Shown piece after piece: positions 21,827 to 30,974 of a DNA stretch of 64,000 nucleotides. The DNA comes from Nitrospirota bacterium. Lineage in GTDB: Bacteria > Nitrospirota > UBA9217. A program made the translations under genes and the position numbers. The stretch is taken from the NCBI GenBank assembly GCA_963818475.1, contig CAWFSF010000006.1, positions 2,290,907 to 2,354,906 on the forward strand. Reading direction: 5' to 3'. A model generated the notes under the pieces. It worked only from the letters and a program-made list of their open reading frames with translations. It did not search any database and was not told the DNA's origin. Position 1 is the first letter of the stretch, and every line of letters starts with the position of its first letter.

Positions 21827-22170
21827 GCGTAGAAATACCCGACAAGCAGGATGATGATGAAGATCACCATCTCCACAAAGCCGTAGAGACCGATCTGGTT
21901 GTACGACACTGCCCAGGGATAGAGGAATACGGCTTCAATATCGAAGATAAGGAACAGCATGGCGATGATGTAGTAACGGATGGAGAACTTCTGATTGGCG
22001 TCCATGAAGGGAGTGATGCCGGACTCGTAGGTCAGCAGCTTTTCGGGATAGGGGTTCCGCGGACGGATGAACCATCCGGCAACCAGCATGCCGACGCCGA
22101 CAGCAGTACCGAGCAACAGGAATATTGCTACGGGCAAAAAGTGTTCTGGAAGATAGGTACTTGGTGTCAT
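21796..22170 (-). CDS. nuoA: NADH-quinone oxidoreductase subunit A
   Basis: [27 protein letters not shown]. Confidence 0.95.
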   Translation of the reverse strand: MTPSTYLPEHFLPVAIFLLLGTAVGVGMLVAGWFIRPRNPYPEKLLTYESGITPFMDANQKFSIRYYIIAMLFLIFDIEAVFLYPWAVSYNQIGLYGFVEMVIFIIILLVGYFYAWKKGALEWE

Positions 22171-22225
22171 ACACTAAACTCCCTGCTATTAAATTTTAAA
22201 TTAACACAACTTCTGAAACTTGTGC

Positions 22226-22254
22226 ATAGTAAGCCAAGCAAAATATTTTGTCAA
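22226..22254 (-). promoter_or_regulatory. Sigma70-type promoter of the nuo operon
   Basis: Minus strand TTGACA-17 bp-TACTAT upstream of nuoA. Confidence 0.6.
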
Positions 22255-22390
22255 GCAAAACATTATGACGAATTAACAGCGTTCTTTCCCGGTAAACCAC
22301 AGTTATAAAACGAAGCGCACTGCTGAATCCTTATGCCCTTGATTTCCGTCGCGTGATGCCGTAAAATGGCGGCGCACTGGGGAGGTCGTC

Positions 22391-23020
22391 ATGGATCCAT
22401 ATTCAAAAGAACAGCTCTTGTCCTTCTATAATATGCACCTGAAGAAATTCGGCGACCGGCCCGAGGCGCTCCGCTGGACGCCGCAGGGCCAGCTCAAGCG
22501 CTATCACATGCTTGCCGATATCGCGCCGGCCGCGGAGCTGAACAACAGCACGGTCCTCGACTACGGATGCGGGACTGGGGATTTTTACCGGTTCTTAAAG
22601 CGGCGGGGCATCAAGGTAAAATATACGGGCGTGGACATCAACGAGAATTTCATCAGTCTGGCGCAGAAGAAGTACCCCGAATGCACGTTCAAGGTCATGA
22701 ACGCCGATGATGACGAATTCGAAGGATTCTATGATTACATCTTTATCTGCGGCGTGTTCAACCTGAACGTGCCGGGCGTCAACGACGACCTGAAGAACGC
22801 CCTGGTCACGCTCTTCAAACACTGCAACAAGGGGCTCGTCCTGAGCGCCCTCTCCTCGCACACGCCCATCAGGGACCCCGAGCTCCACTTCACGTCCCCG
22901 GAAGAGATGGTCAAATTCGCGCTGGAGAACCTTTCGCCCTCCATCGCACTGCGTCACGACCGAATCCAGTACGATTTCATGCTTTACGTCTATACGGCAT
23001 ATAACGAAGTAACGATCTAG
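22391..23020 (+). CDS. Class I SAM-dependent methyltransferase
   Basis: VLDYGCGTG, YTGVDIN; RBS GGAGG. Confidence 0.85.
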   Translation: MDPYSKEQLLSFYNMHLKKFGDRPEALRWTPQGQLKRYHMLADIAPAAELNNSTVLDYGCGTGDFYRFLKRRGIKVKYTGVDINENFISLAQKKYPECTFKVMNADDDEFEGFYDYIFICGVFNLNVPGVNDDLKNALVTLFKHCNKGLVLSALSSHTPIRDPELHFTSPEEMVKFALENLSPSIALRHDRIQYDFMLYVYTAYNEVTI

Positions 23021-23105
23021 CCGAATTAGAAATTAAAAAAGGCTGGGTATACCAACATGCCCATCCTTCCTGAAATGACCGAATAAGGAATAACCATCCG
23101 CTGCC

Positions 23106-24557
23106 CTATTGCTCTTCCTCCTGCCCACGTTCGTCCTCATTGAAATGCATCTTGATTCCCAGTTCCTTGATCTTCTTCCTGAGCGTGTTGCGATTGATGC
23201 CGAGGAGGTTCGCGGCGCGCACCTGGTTCCCTTCGGTCTTTTTGAGGACCAGCGTGATGAGCGGCTTTTCCACGCGCTGGACCACCATGGAGTAGATGTC
23301 GCCCACTTCAAGCCCGCCCATGCGGTCCACGAGGTCGGTGAGCTTTTCTTCGAGGAAATTCTCGAACGAGAGTGCGACGCCATGGCCAGGCTTGAAGATC
23401 TGGGGCGGCAGGGCGTCGGGAAATATCTTGTCGCCCTGCGAGAGCGTGATGGCGCGCTGGACCGCGTTCTCAAGCTCCCGCACATTACCCGGCCAGTCAT
23501 AGGCGCGGAGGACCTTGAGCGTCTCCGGCGTAAGCACCCGGGGTTTGCCCTGCCCGGCCTGGTGCTTTTGCATAAAGTATTCCGCCAACGGAGTGATATC
23601 GTCCTTCCGTTTCCGCAGCGGCGGGATATTGAGTTGGATCACGTTCAGGCGGTAGAACAGGTCCTCGCGGAAGCGCTTTTCCCGCACGGCCTTCTCAAGG
23701 TTCTGGTGGGTCGCGGCAATGACGCGCACATCGGTCCTGATCGACTCGGTGCCGCCCACCCGTTCGAACTCACGCTCCTGCAGCACGCGGAGCAGCTTGC
23801 CCTGAAGCGGCAGGCTCATGTCGCCGATCTCGTCCAGGAACATCGTGCCGCCGGCGGCCGCCTCGAACTTCCCGATCTTCCGGATGACCGCGCCGGTAAA
23901 GGCGCCCTTCTCGTGACCAAAGAGCTCGCTCTCAAGCAATTCCGACGGGATGGCCGCCGAATTCACCGCCACAAAGGGGCGGCCCGCGCGCTTGCTGTGA
24001 TAGTGGATGGCCCGAGCCACGAGCTCCTTGCCCGTCCCGCTCTCGCCGTGGATCAGGACCGTGGCATCGCTCTCCGCCACCCGTCCGATGGTCTTGTAGA
24101 TCTCCTGCATGGCAGGCGTATTGCCCACGAGGCCGCCTTCGTACTTCTCGCGCACCTCCGCCCGGAGCGCGGTCACTTCCTGCGAGAGCCGCCGCACGTC
24201 GATGGCCTTCCGCACGAGGATGTTCACCTCGTCGAGGTCAAAGGGCTTGGTGATGTAGTCGAAGGCGCCGCGCCGCATGGCCTCGATGGCGTTCTGCATC
24301 GTTGCCTGGGCCGTCATGATGATGACCGAGACCCCCTTGCCGTCCCGCTGGATCTTGTCGAGCGCCTCGAAACCGCTCATGCCCGGCATGCGGATGTCCA
24401 TCAGCACGATCGCAATACCGCCCTCGCTCAGCCGCTCAAAGGCCTCGGCAGCGTCCTGGGCAAGCACCGCAGTCATCCCCTCTTTTTCAAGGGACTTCTT
24501 GAGCACCCAGCGGACGCTCTCATCGTCGTCGACTATCAGTATTTTTTCGTTTGTCAT
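23106..24557 (-). CDS. ntrC: Sigma54-dependent response regulator, NtrC-like
   Basis: Receiver domain, [37 protein letters not shown]. Confidence 0.8.
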   Translation of the reverse strand: MTNEKILIVDDDESVRWVLKKSLEKEGMTAVLAQDAAEAFERLSEGGIAIVLMDIRMPGMSGFEALDKIQRDGKGVSVIIMTAQATMQNAIEAMRRGAFDYITKPFDLDEVNILVRKAIDVRRLSQEVTALRAEVREKYEGGLVGNTPAMQEIYKTIGRVAESDATVLIHGESGTGKELVARAIHYHSKRAGRPFVAVNSAAIPSELLESELFGHEKGAFTGAVIRKIGKFEAAAGGTMFLDEIGDMSLPLQGKLLRVLQEREFERVGGTESIRTDVRVIAATHQNLEKAVREKRFREDLFYRLNVIQLNIPPLRKRKDDITPLAEYFMQKHQAGQGKPRVLTPETLKVLRAYDWPGNVRELENAVQRAITLSQGDKIFPDALPPQIFKPGHGVALSFENFLEEKLTDLVDRMGGLEVGDIYSMVVQRVEKPLITLVLKKTEGNQVRAANLLGINRNTLRKKIKELGIKMHFNEDERGQEEEQ

Positions 24558-24566
24558 AGCCCTTCC

Positions 24567-24672
24567 AATTTCGGATTTCGGATTGCGGATTTCGGATTAA
24601 CCCAGAACCTTAGCAACCCGTGCTTCGTTTTTGCCTTTCATTCCGCAATCCGCAATCCGCAATCCGCAATTG
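24567..24672. repeat. Intergenic palindromic heptamer array (ntrB-ntrC)
   Basis: TTTCGGATTTCGGATTGCGGATTTCGGATT ... ATTCCGCAATCCGCAATCCGCAATCCGCAATT. Confidence 0.8.
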
Positions 24673-24674
24673 CT

Positions 24675-25808
24675 TCATCCCATCAGCGGCAGATACACGC
24701 TGAAGGTCGTTCCCTCTCCCTCGTGGCTTTCGACGCGGATCGTGCCGAGGTGCTCCTGCACTATCTGGTATGACAGCGCCAGGCCGAGCCCCACCCCCCG
24801 GTCCTTGGTCGTGAAGAAGGGCGTGAAGATGTCGTTCAGATGCTCCGGCGTGATCCCCTTGCCCGTATCGCTCACCTTGATGACCATGAGCCGGTGTTTT
24901 TTACCGTCAGCCTGAACGCTGGTGAACAGGTCCGACATGCGCGTCAGCACGGTCAGCTTCCCGCCCGAGGCCATGGCCTCGACTGCGTTCTTGATGATGT
25001 TCAGGAACACCTGCACCAGCTGGTCCTCGTTGCCGAGCACCTCCGGCAGGCTCGGGTCGTACATCCGGGAGAGGACGATGCCGCTCTCCCGGGCCTGTTC
25101 CTCATGCAGCAGCAGCACCCGGTCGATGATGCTATGGATGTTGATCCCCCTGATCTCGCTCGGGCTGAGGCGCGTAAAATCGAGGATCCCCTCCAGCACA
25201 TTGTTCAGGCGGTCGGCTTCCTTCATGATCACGTCGAGGTATTCTTCGAAGCTCCTGCTGTCCTGCCGGGATGCCGCAGCATCGCTCCGAAGCTCCGACC
25301 GCATGAGCTGCGCAGCGCCGCGAATGCCGACCAGCGGGTTTTTAACTTCATGAGCGATGCCTGCAGCGATCATTCCGAGCGTCGCGAGGCGGTCGGACCT
25401 GCGCATGCGCTCCTTCAGGTCCCGCACGCCGGCCTGATCGCGGATGGTCGAAATCACGCCCGTGGGGCTGCCGTCGTCATCCGCCAGCACGCTGGTCACG
25501 AGCCCGATGGGGAGCGGCGGCCGGTGCCTGGCAGCCAATTCCGTTTCGTAATCAGAGTACGAGCGGCCCGTCGTGAAGGTCTTTTCGATCTGGCTCACCA
25601 TGGCGGGGTTGTCGGCGAATACGAGGCTTATGCCTTTGCCGAGCGCCTCTGACGCTGTGATCCCGGTCATTTCTTCTGCCGCGCGGTTCCAGATGATGAT
25701 CTGTCCCTGCGCATCGGTCACCACGACACCGTCGACGATCCCCGTGAGGATATCAGCGGTCAGATCCTTTATTTTTTGCGTCACCGAGCCCATGCTTATT
25801 GATATCAC
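24675..25808 (-). CDS. ntrB: PAS-domain sensor histidine kinase, NtrB-like
   Basis: PAS domain, AHEVKNPLVGIRGAAQL, YDPSLP, NAVEA, PFFTTK, GLGL. Confidence 0.8.
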   Translation of the reverse strand: MISISMGSVTQKIKDLTADILTGIVDGVVVTDAQGQIIIWNRAAEEMTGITASEALGKGISLVFADNPAMVSQIEKTFTTGRSYSDYETELAARHRPPLPIGLVTSVLADDDGSPTGVISTIRDQAGVRDLKERMRRSDRLATLGMIAAGIAHEVKNPLVGIRGAAQLMRSELRSDAAASRQDSRSFEEYLDVIMKEADRLNNVLEGILDFTRLSPSEIRGINIHSIIDRVLLLHEEQARESGIVLSRMYDPSLPEVLGNEDQLVQVFLNIIKNAVEAMASGGKLTVLTRMSDLFTSVQADGKKHRLMVIKVSDTGKGITPEHLNDIFTPFFTTKDRGVGLGLALSYQIVQEHLGTIRVESHEGEGTTFSVYLPLMG

Positions 25809-25851
25809 ATACTATTTGATGATTCAAGGTAATTTATGATATAGTCCGTTC

Positions 25852-25946
25852 AATTGCGGATTTCGGATTGCGGATTTCGGATTTAGTAAAGCTGCCTGCT
25901 TTATTCTGCTGTTCATTCCGCAATCCGAAATCCGCAATCCGCAATC
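25852..25946. repeat. Intergenic palindromic heptamer array (ntrB/eamA divergent region)
   Basis: ATTGCGGATTTCGGATTGCGGATTTCGGATTT ... ATTCCGCAATCCGAAATCCGCAATCCGCAAT. Confidence 0.8.
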
Positions 25947-25947
25947 T

Positions 25948-26820
25948 ATGCTCAATCTTCGTCTCATACTCGTGGCCGTCATTTGGGGCGTGAACTTTTC
26001 CCTTATCAAGTTCGCGCTTGCCAATTTCTACCCGCTCGGATTCACAGTGATCCGCTTTGCGCTTGCGGCACTGTTCCTCTTTGGCGTCATTGCGTTGACT
26101 CGCGAATCATTCGGCATGAAGCGCCGCGACTTCGCCGCGGTCGCCGTGCTCGGCTTCATCGGCATCTCCCTGTACAGCATTCTGTTCATGTACGGGCTCA
26201 AATACACGACAGCATCCAACTCGGCACTCTTCATTGCCATGTCGCCCCTGTTCGCTGCAATGACGCAACTCGTTACGAAAAAGGAGCGCTTGCCCGCGAA
26301 AAGCGCGCTGGGCCTTTTGCTGTCGTTCCTCGGTGCAGCTTTGATCATCTGGACGAGGACCGGCGGCCTCCATTTCACCTGGCAGGCGCTTTCCGGCGAC
26401 CTCCTGACCCTTGCGGCATCCTGCTCCTGGGCGCTCTATACGCTCCGGGCCAAACCGCTGCTTCAGCACTACTCCCCGATAAAAATTACGGCATACAGCA
26501 TGGCCGCCGGGACCGTCCTCCTGCTCCCGCTGTCCTTGCCCGAGCTTGCAGCCCAGCCATGGCTATCGATCCCAATGCAATCCTGGGGCGCGCTCGGCTT
26601 TGCCGCTTTTTTAGGCGGCGGACTCGCCTACACGCTCTGGTATCAGGGCGTGCAGCAGTTCGGCGTCACCAGAACGATCGTCTATCACTACCTCGTGCCC
26701 TTTGTTGCTGTTGCGTTCGCAGCCCTCTTCCTGCACGAACATATCACCTTCCTGCAGATCCTCGGCGGCTGCTCCATCCTTGCCGGGGTCTACCTGGTGC
26801 AGAAAAATTCTCCCGGCTGA
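25948..26820 (+). CDS. DMT/EamA family transporter
   Basis: IWGVNF, RFALA, GLKYTTASNSA; two EamA repeats, ~10 TM. Confidence 0.85.
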   Translation: MLNLRLILVAVIWGVNFSLIKFALANFYPLGFTVIRFALAALFLFGVIALTRESFGMKRRDFAAVAVLGFIGISLYSILFMYGLKYTTASNSALFIAMSPLFAAMTQLVTKKERLPAKSALGLLLSFLGAALIIWTRTGGLHFTWQALSGDLLTLAASCSWALYTLRAKPLLQHYSPIKITAYSMAAGTVLLLPLSLPELAAQPWLSIPMQSWGALGFAAFLGGGLAYTLWYQGVQQFGVTRTIVYHYLVPFVAVAFAALFLHEHITFLQILGGCSILAGVYLVQKNSPG

Positions 26821-26910
26821 GAAAAAAACTTCCTCAGAAAAACCAGTCCTCCTCCTTATGCAGGCGAATCGCTCCCAGACATGACGAAATAGGCATATGC
26901 ATTTTTATAT

Positions 26911-26926
26911 AGCAATGCCTGTGCCA
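26911..26926 (-). promoter_or_regulatory. Sigma54 (-24/-12) promoter with no obvious downstream gene
   Basis: Minus strand TGGCACAGGCATTGCT matches TGGCAC-N5-TTGCW. Confidence 0.6.
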
Positions 26927-27097
26927 CCTCGCCTGACTCCAGCATGGCCTGCTATCTTATTAATTTAATGAGACAATTTTTATTCTATTCAGGGATACGA
27001 TGGTGTGACTTTGATATTTTGCGGCATAAAATTAAGCACCTGATCATAAAACAGGCATTCAACGATCCACAAATGATGCGCTCGGGAAAAAATTCAG

Positions 27098-27134
27098 TTG
27101 ACAAGTAGTTCATACTATATTAAAATCATTCTAA
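27098..27134 (+). promoter_or_regulatory. Sigma70 promoter with overlapping PerR/Fur-like box
   Basis: TTGACA-17-TAAAAT; TTAAAATCATTCTAA (27120-27134) resembles the Per box TTATAATnATTATAA. Confidence 0.6.
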
Positions 27135-27273
27135 TTTAACCCGCACACAACCGGATATGCGGACTCCATGTCAATGCTTGCCTGCGGCTGCAGCTGCTAA
27201 AGACCGGCCCTACATGATTCTGCTATACTTTTGCTTAACGGCACCGCACTTTTAACAAAGGGAGGAACACCTT

Positions 27274-27858
27274 ATGGCATACGATCCAAAGGATTATACA
27301 AAGCTCATAGGAATGTCCGGGTTCAGCGAGACCCTGCTTAAGAACCACTTCACGCTCTATCAGGGCTATGTAACGAACACGAACAAGGTGCTCGATACGC
27401 TCGACCAGATGGCCAAGGACGGCAAGACCGCGGCGCCGGAATTTGCGGAGCTGAAGCGGAGGCTCGGCTGGGAGTTCAACGGAATGCGGCTCCATGAATA
27501 TTATTTCGAGAACCTGGGCGGATCAGGATCAGCCGGACTCAACAAGGATGGCAAGCTCAGCAAGAAAATAGCCGAAAGCTTCGGCAGCTACGAAGCCTGG
27601 GAAAAGGACTTCCGGGCAACAGGCGCCATGCGCGGCATCGGCTGGGTCGCGCTCTACCAGGACCCGGCCTCGGGACGGCTCATCAATTTTTGGATCAACG
27701 AACATGATGTGTCCCATCCGGCAGGCTGTACCCTCCTGCTCATCATGGACGTTTTCGAACATGCCTTCATGATCGATTATGGCCTGAAGCGCGCGGACTA
27801 TATCGAAGCCTTCTTCAAGAACATCAACTGGTCGGCTGCCGAAGCACGGATAAAGTAA
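27274..27858 (+). CDS. sod: Fe/Mn superoxide dismutase (ChrC-like)
   Basis: NHFTLYQGYV, LHEYYF, DVFEHAFMIDY. Confidence 0.88.
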   Translation: MAYDPKDYTKLIGMSGFSETLLKNHFTLYQGYVTNTNKVLDTLDQMAKDGKTAAPEFAELKRRLGWEFNGMRLHEYYFENLGGSGSAGLNKDGKLSKKIAESFGSYEAWEKDFRATGAMRGIGWVALYQDPASGRLINFWINEHDVSHPAGCTLLLIMDVFEHAFMIDYGLKRADYIEAFFKNINWSAAEARIK

Positions 27859-27974
27859 ACCTCAATTTTCCCCCAGGCGGGGGTGAAGTCTGCAGTATTC
27901 ACCCCCGCCTACCCCTTCATCGGACAAAACAGTTAAAACCGTAAACGCATACATTACTAAAGGAGGATCATACG

Positions 27975-28469
27975 ATGTCAAAATCAGAACAGGGTCTGCA
28001 GGACGCCTTTGCCGGCGAGTCCCAGGCAAATCGGAAATATCTCGCCTTTGCCAAGAAGGCGGAAGTAGAAGGCTTTAAACAGGCGGCGAAATTGTTCAGG
28101 GCCGCGGCAGCAGCCGAGACAATCCATGCCCATAACCACCTGCGCCAGCTCGGCGTGGTCAAATCCACGAAAGAGAACCTTATGGCTGCCATCAGCGGCG
28201 AGTCCTTCGAGTTCCAGAAGATGTACCCCCAGATGATCGCAGATGCCCAAGAAGAGAACAACAAAGGCGCGCTCCAAAGCTTCAACTACGCCAACGAGGT
28301 GGAGAAGATCCATGCCGCCTTGTACCAGAAGGCGCTCGATACGCTCGGCAAGAACGTTGACACCGACTACTATATCTGCTCGGTCTGCGGCTACACGGCT
28401 GAAGGCGAAGCTCCGGACGAATGCCCGGTCTGCAAAGCAAAGAAACAGGCATTTCGCAAGGCGGAATAG
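27975..28469 (+). CDS. rbr: Rubrerythrin
   Basis: AFAGESQA, ETIHA, EKIH, C-terminal CSVCG...CPVC. Confidence 0.92.
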   Translation: MSKSEQGLQDAFAGESQANRKYLAFAKKAEVEGFKQAAKLFRAAAAAETIHAHNHLRQLGVVKSTKENLMAAISGESFEFQKMYPQMIADAQEENNKGALQSFNYANEVEKIHAALYQKALDTLGKNVDTDYYICSVCGYTAEGEAPDECPVCKAKKQAFRKAE

Positions 28470-28472
28470 CGA

Positions 28473-29042
28473 TTGAAGATCGTCGCGTTCAACGGCAGTC
28501 CGCGCCCCGGCGGCAATACCGAGGTCCTCCTTGAAGAAGCGTTAAAGCCGCTCCGTGAGGCCGGGCATGAAATCACCGTCTTTAAGCTCAACACTATGGA
28601 CTTCAAACCCTGCCAGGACTGCGGCGGGTGCACAAAAACGGGCATCTGCATCCACCCGGACGCGATGACCGAAATATACGCTGCCATCAGGGCGGCGGAC
28701 AGGATCATCCTGGCCTCCCCGATCTTTTTCTACAGCCTAAGCGCCCAGGCCAAGGCGATGATTGACCGGTGCCAGGCTTTCTGGTGCGAGAAATACCTGC
28801 TCAAGAAGATCATTCCCGCAGGGCCGCACGGAAGAAAAGGCCTGCTCCTGCTGGTAGGCGGCATGAAAAAGGACGACGGCAGGCAGTGTGCGGAGGCCGT
28901 GGCAAAAGGGTTTTTCAGGACCTGCAGCGTTCCGGAGCATGAGACGCTCTTCTTCGGCGGTGTTGATGCCAAAGGAGATGTGCAGAAGCACCCGACGGCG
29001 CTGAAAGAAGCATATGAGGCGGGGAAGCGGCTGGGGACGTGA
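28473..29042 (+). CDS. Flavodoxin family / iron-sulfur flavoprotein (NADPH-dependent FMN reductase)
   Basis: GSPRPGGNT, CQDCGGC...C, ASPIFF. Confidence 0.85.
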   Translation: MKIVAFNGSPRPGGNTEVLLEEALKPLREAGHEITVFKLNTMDFKPCQDCGGCTKTGICIHPDAMTEIYAAIRAADRIILASPIFFYSLSAQAKAMIDRCQAFWCEKYLLKKIIPAGPHGRKGLLLLVGGMKKDDGRQCAEAVAKGFFRTCSVPEHETLFFGGVDAKGDVQKHPTALKEAYEAGKRLGT

Positions 29043-29062
29043 CCATCTGGCACTTTTGAACC

Positions 29063-29097
29063 AAAAAGGGATCCTTCGATGAAGGGTCCCTTTTTTA
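29063..29097. terminator. Bidirectional intrinsic terminator
   Basis: AAAAAGGGATCCTTC-GAT-GAAGGGTCCCTTTTTT between convergent genes. Confidence 0.8.
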
Positions 29098-29180
29098 TGC
29101 CGCCGGTGTTTCCCTAATCGCAGCAGTCGAGCCATCCTCGCTTTTCGTTCGGTTGCTGCCTCATTATTAAGACTTCCTGC

Positions 29181-30116
29181 TTACCGCAGGATCCCCTTCA
29201 CGATCACATCCACGGCCTCTTCCGGCGACAGTCCGTGCGCCATGAGCGTCTCCATCTGCCGTTTATCCACGCTCCCGATGGCTGCTTCATGGGTCACCTT
29301 CGCCAGCGGATGGGTCACCTGCACCAGCGGGATGGCCTTTGCCACGGCGCGGTCCTTCACGATCTCCATGCAGTCCACATGGCCGCGGGAATAGGCGGCG
29401 TTCCCCTCGGTGATGCCGGTGATCTCGGCTGTGGCGTCGTCCTCGATGGCCACACGGGCCTTGATCATTCCGCGCGCACTCTCCCCTGCAAGCACGACCT
29501 TTTCCCTTATTTTAATATCATCGTTCCCATGCCCGAAGACCCTCGCCGTGAGCTCAACAACGGCACCTTCTCCGGCGCTGACCTCGTAATCGATGCCGAG
29601 TTTTCCCACCCTGCCCGTGGTGAGCGTGAAGTCCGTGAAGTACCTGCCGTTCTTCCCGACCTGCACGCGGAGCTTCGGAACGACCTCGATGCCGCCGAAC
29701 AGGCCGTGATAGTGCGTTTCTGAGTAGCGCATTTCGGCACCCTCGCCTATATCGACAGTCGCGTCCATGAGATGGCGCACCTTCTCAGCCTTCGGGAAAA
29801 TGCAGTGGGCGATGAATGCGGCAGACGAATTCTTCTCGAGTTTCACGTCCATCAAGATCCTTTGCGTCCCTTTCTTGTGCAGCACGCCGAAACAAAGATG
29901 CACGGGCTTCGCGAGCTTTACGCCTTCCCGGACCGTTACCTTTGCCGAGATACCGTTCCGCAGCTCCTTCGCCTGCACATCGATCCCCGGGACCAGCCGG
30001 CTGCTCAGGATGCTGTTGCTGCTGACGCTCAAGTGGGCGGTCTCTGCATCGGCGAGCACGCTCCGGTCCCCGCCTGCCTCGCCCAGTGCCTGCATGAGTT
30101 CGTTCAAATCAGACAT
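29181..30116 (-). CDS. SufB/SufD-family Fe-S scaffold (SmsB-like), copy 1
   Basis: PVHLCFG, GHVDCMEIV, VTHEAAIGSVD. Confidence 0.85.
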   Translation of the reverse strand: MSDLNELMQALGEAGGDRSVLADAETAHLSVSSNSILSSRLVPGIDVQAKELRNGISAKVTVREGVKLAKPVHLCFGVLHKKGTQRILMDVKLEKNSSAAFIAHCIFPKAEKVRHLMDATVDIGEGAEMRYSETHYHGLFGGIEVVPKLRVQVGKNGRYFTDFTLTTGRVGKLGIDYEVSAGEGAVVELTARVFGHGNDDIKIREKVVLAGESARGMIKARVAIEDDATAEITGITEGNAAYSRGHVDCMEIVKDRAVAKAIPLVQVTHPLAKVTHEAAIGSVDKRQMETLMAHGLSPEEAVDVIVKGILR

Positions 30117-30834
30117 AATGGCACTCCACCAGACCACAGGTCATGCATTTCTGCAGTTTATAATGCTCAGAAACCTTTTCCGGCGTTCCGGAGCAGATGA
30201 TCCTCCCATGGCAGAGCTGTGATGCCCGGTCCGCGATCAGCGCGATCTCTTCCCGGTGCGTGACCAGAAGCACGGCTGCACCGCTGTTCTTGAACGCGCT
30301 GATGACGTCGATCACGTCATGGATGGACAGCATATCGATGCCCGAATCAGGCTCGTCCAGGATCGCCAGCCGGGGCGCAAGCGCCAGCACCGACGCGAGT
30401 TCGATCCGCTTCCGCTCTCCCCCGCTCAGGCACTTGTCGACCATCCTTCCCAGGTACAGGTCCGGCGAGAGGCCCACGCGGTCGAGAAAGGGCGCGGCAT
30501 CGAGCACGGGGTTCTTGATGGCAAGGTAATCCCGTACCGTGATGCCCTCGAACCGGACCGGCTCCTGCCAGGCCATGGTGATGCCGAGCCGTGCGCGTTC
30601 ATGGATCGCGAGGTCGTTGATGACCCTGTCGTCGAACCGGATCTCTCCGGCTGTCGGCCGATAGCCTTCGCACCCCATGACAAGGTATGCCAGGGTGCTC
30701 TTGCCGGTCCCGTTCGTTCCGAGCAGAGCATGCACCTCGCCGGGTTCGATGGCAAGGGAAAGCTGATCCAGGATCGGCGTTTTACCGTCGGGACCGGTAC
30801 CGTAGACCACGTTGTTTATCTCAAGCAGCGGCAT
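30109..30834 (-). CDS. SufC-like ABC ATPase (SmsC-like), copy 1
   Basis: GTNGTGKST, LSGGERKRIE, LDEPDSG; C-terminal CxxC...C. Confidence 0.85.
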   Translation of the reverse strand: MPLLEINNVVYGTGPDGKTPILDQLSLAIEPGEVHALLGTNGTGKSTLAYLVMGCEGYRPTAGEIRFDDRVINDLAIHERARLGITMAWQEPVRFEGITVRDYLAIKNPVLDAAPFLDRVGLSPDLYLGRMVDKCLSGGERKRIELASVLALAPRLAILDEPDSGIDMLSIHDVIDVISAFKNSGAAVLLVTHREEIALIADRASQLCHGRIICSGTPEKVSEHYKLQKCMTCGLVECHYV

Positions 30835-30854
30835 GAGGACACCTTTTTTGAGTC

Positions 30855-30970
30855 AACAGATCTTTTGACACGGATCAAGGCGGATAAAAATATGATTTTC
30901 ACGGATACGTCAGAGACTTATCCGCTTTTATCATATATAAATCAGCCCTTATCCGTGTCAGAGATCTGTT
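30855..30970. repeat. Palindromic element with (AC)ACGGAT-type repeats
   Basis: AACAGATCT..TGACACGGAT..GCGGAT..ACGGAT ... ATCCGC..ATCCGTGTCA.AGATCTGTT inverted arms. Confidence 0.7.
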
Positions 30971-30974
30971 TATC

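Noticed and set aside
24567-25946. CRISPR arrays at the heptamer repeats
   Set aside because: Units are 7 bp, tandem and inverted, with no unique spacers and no cas genes.
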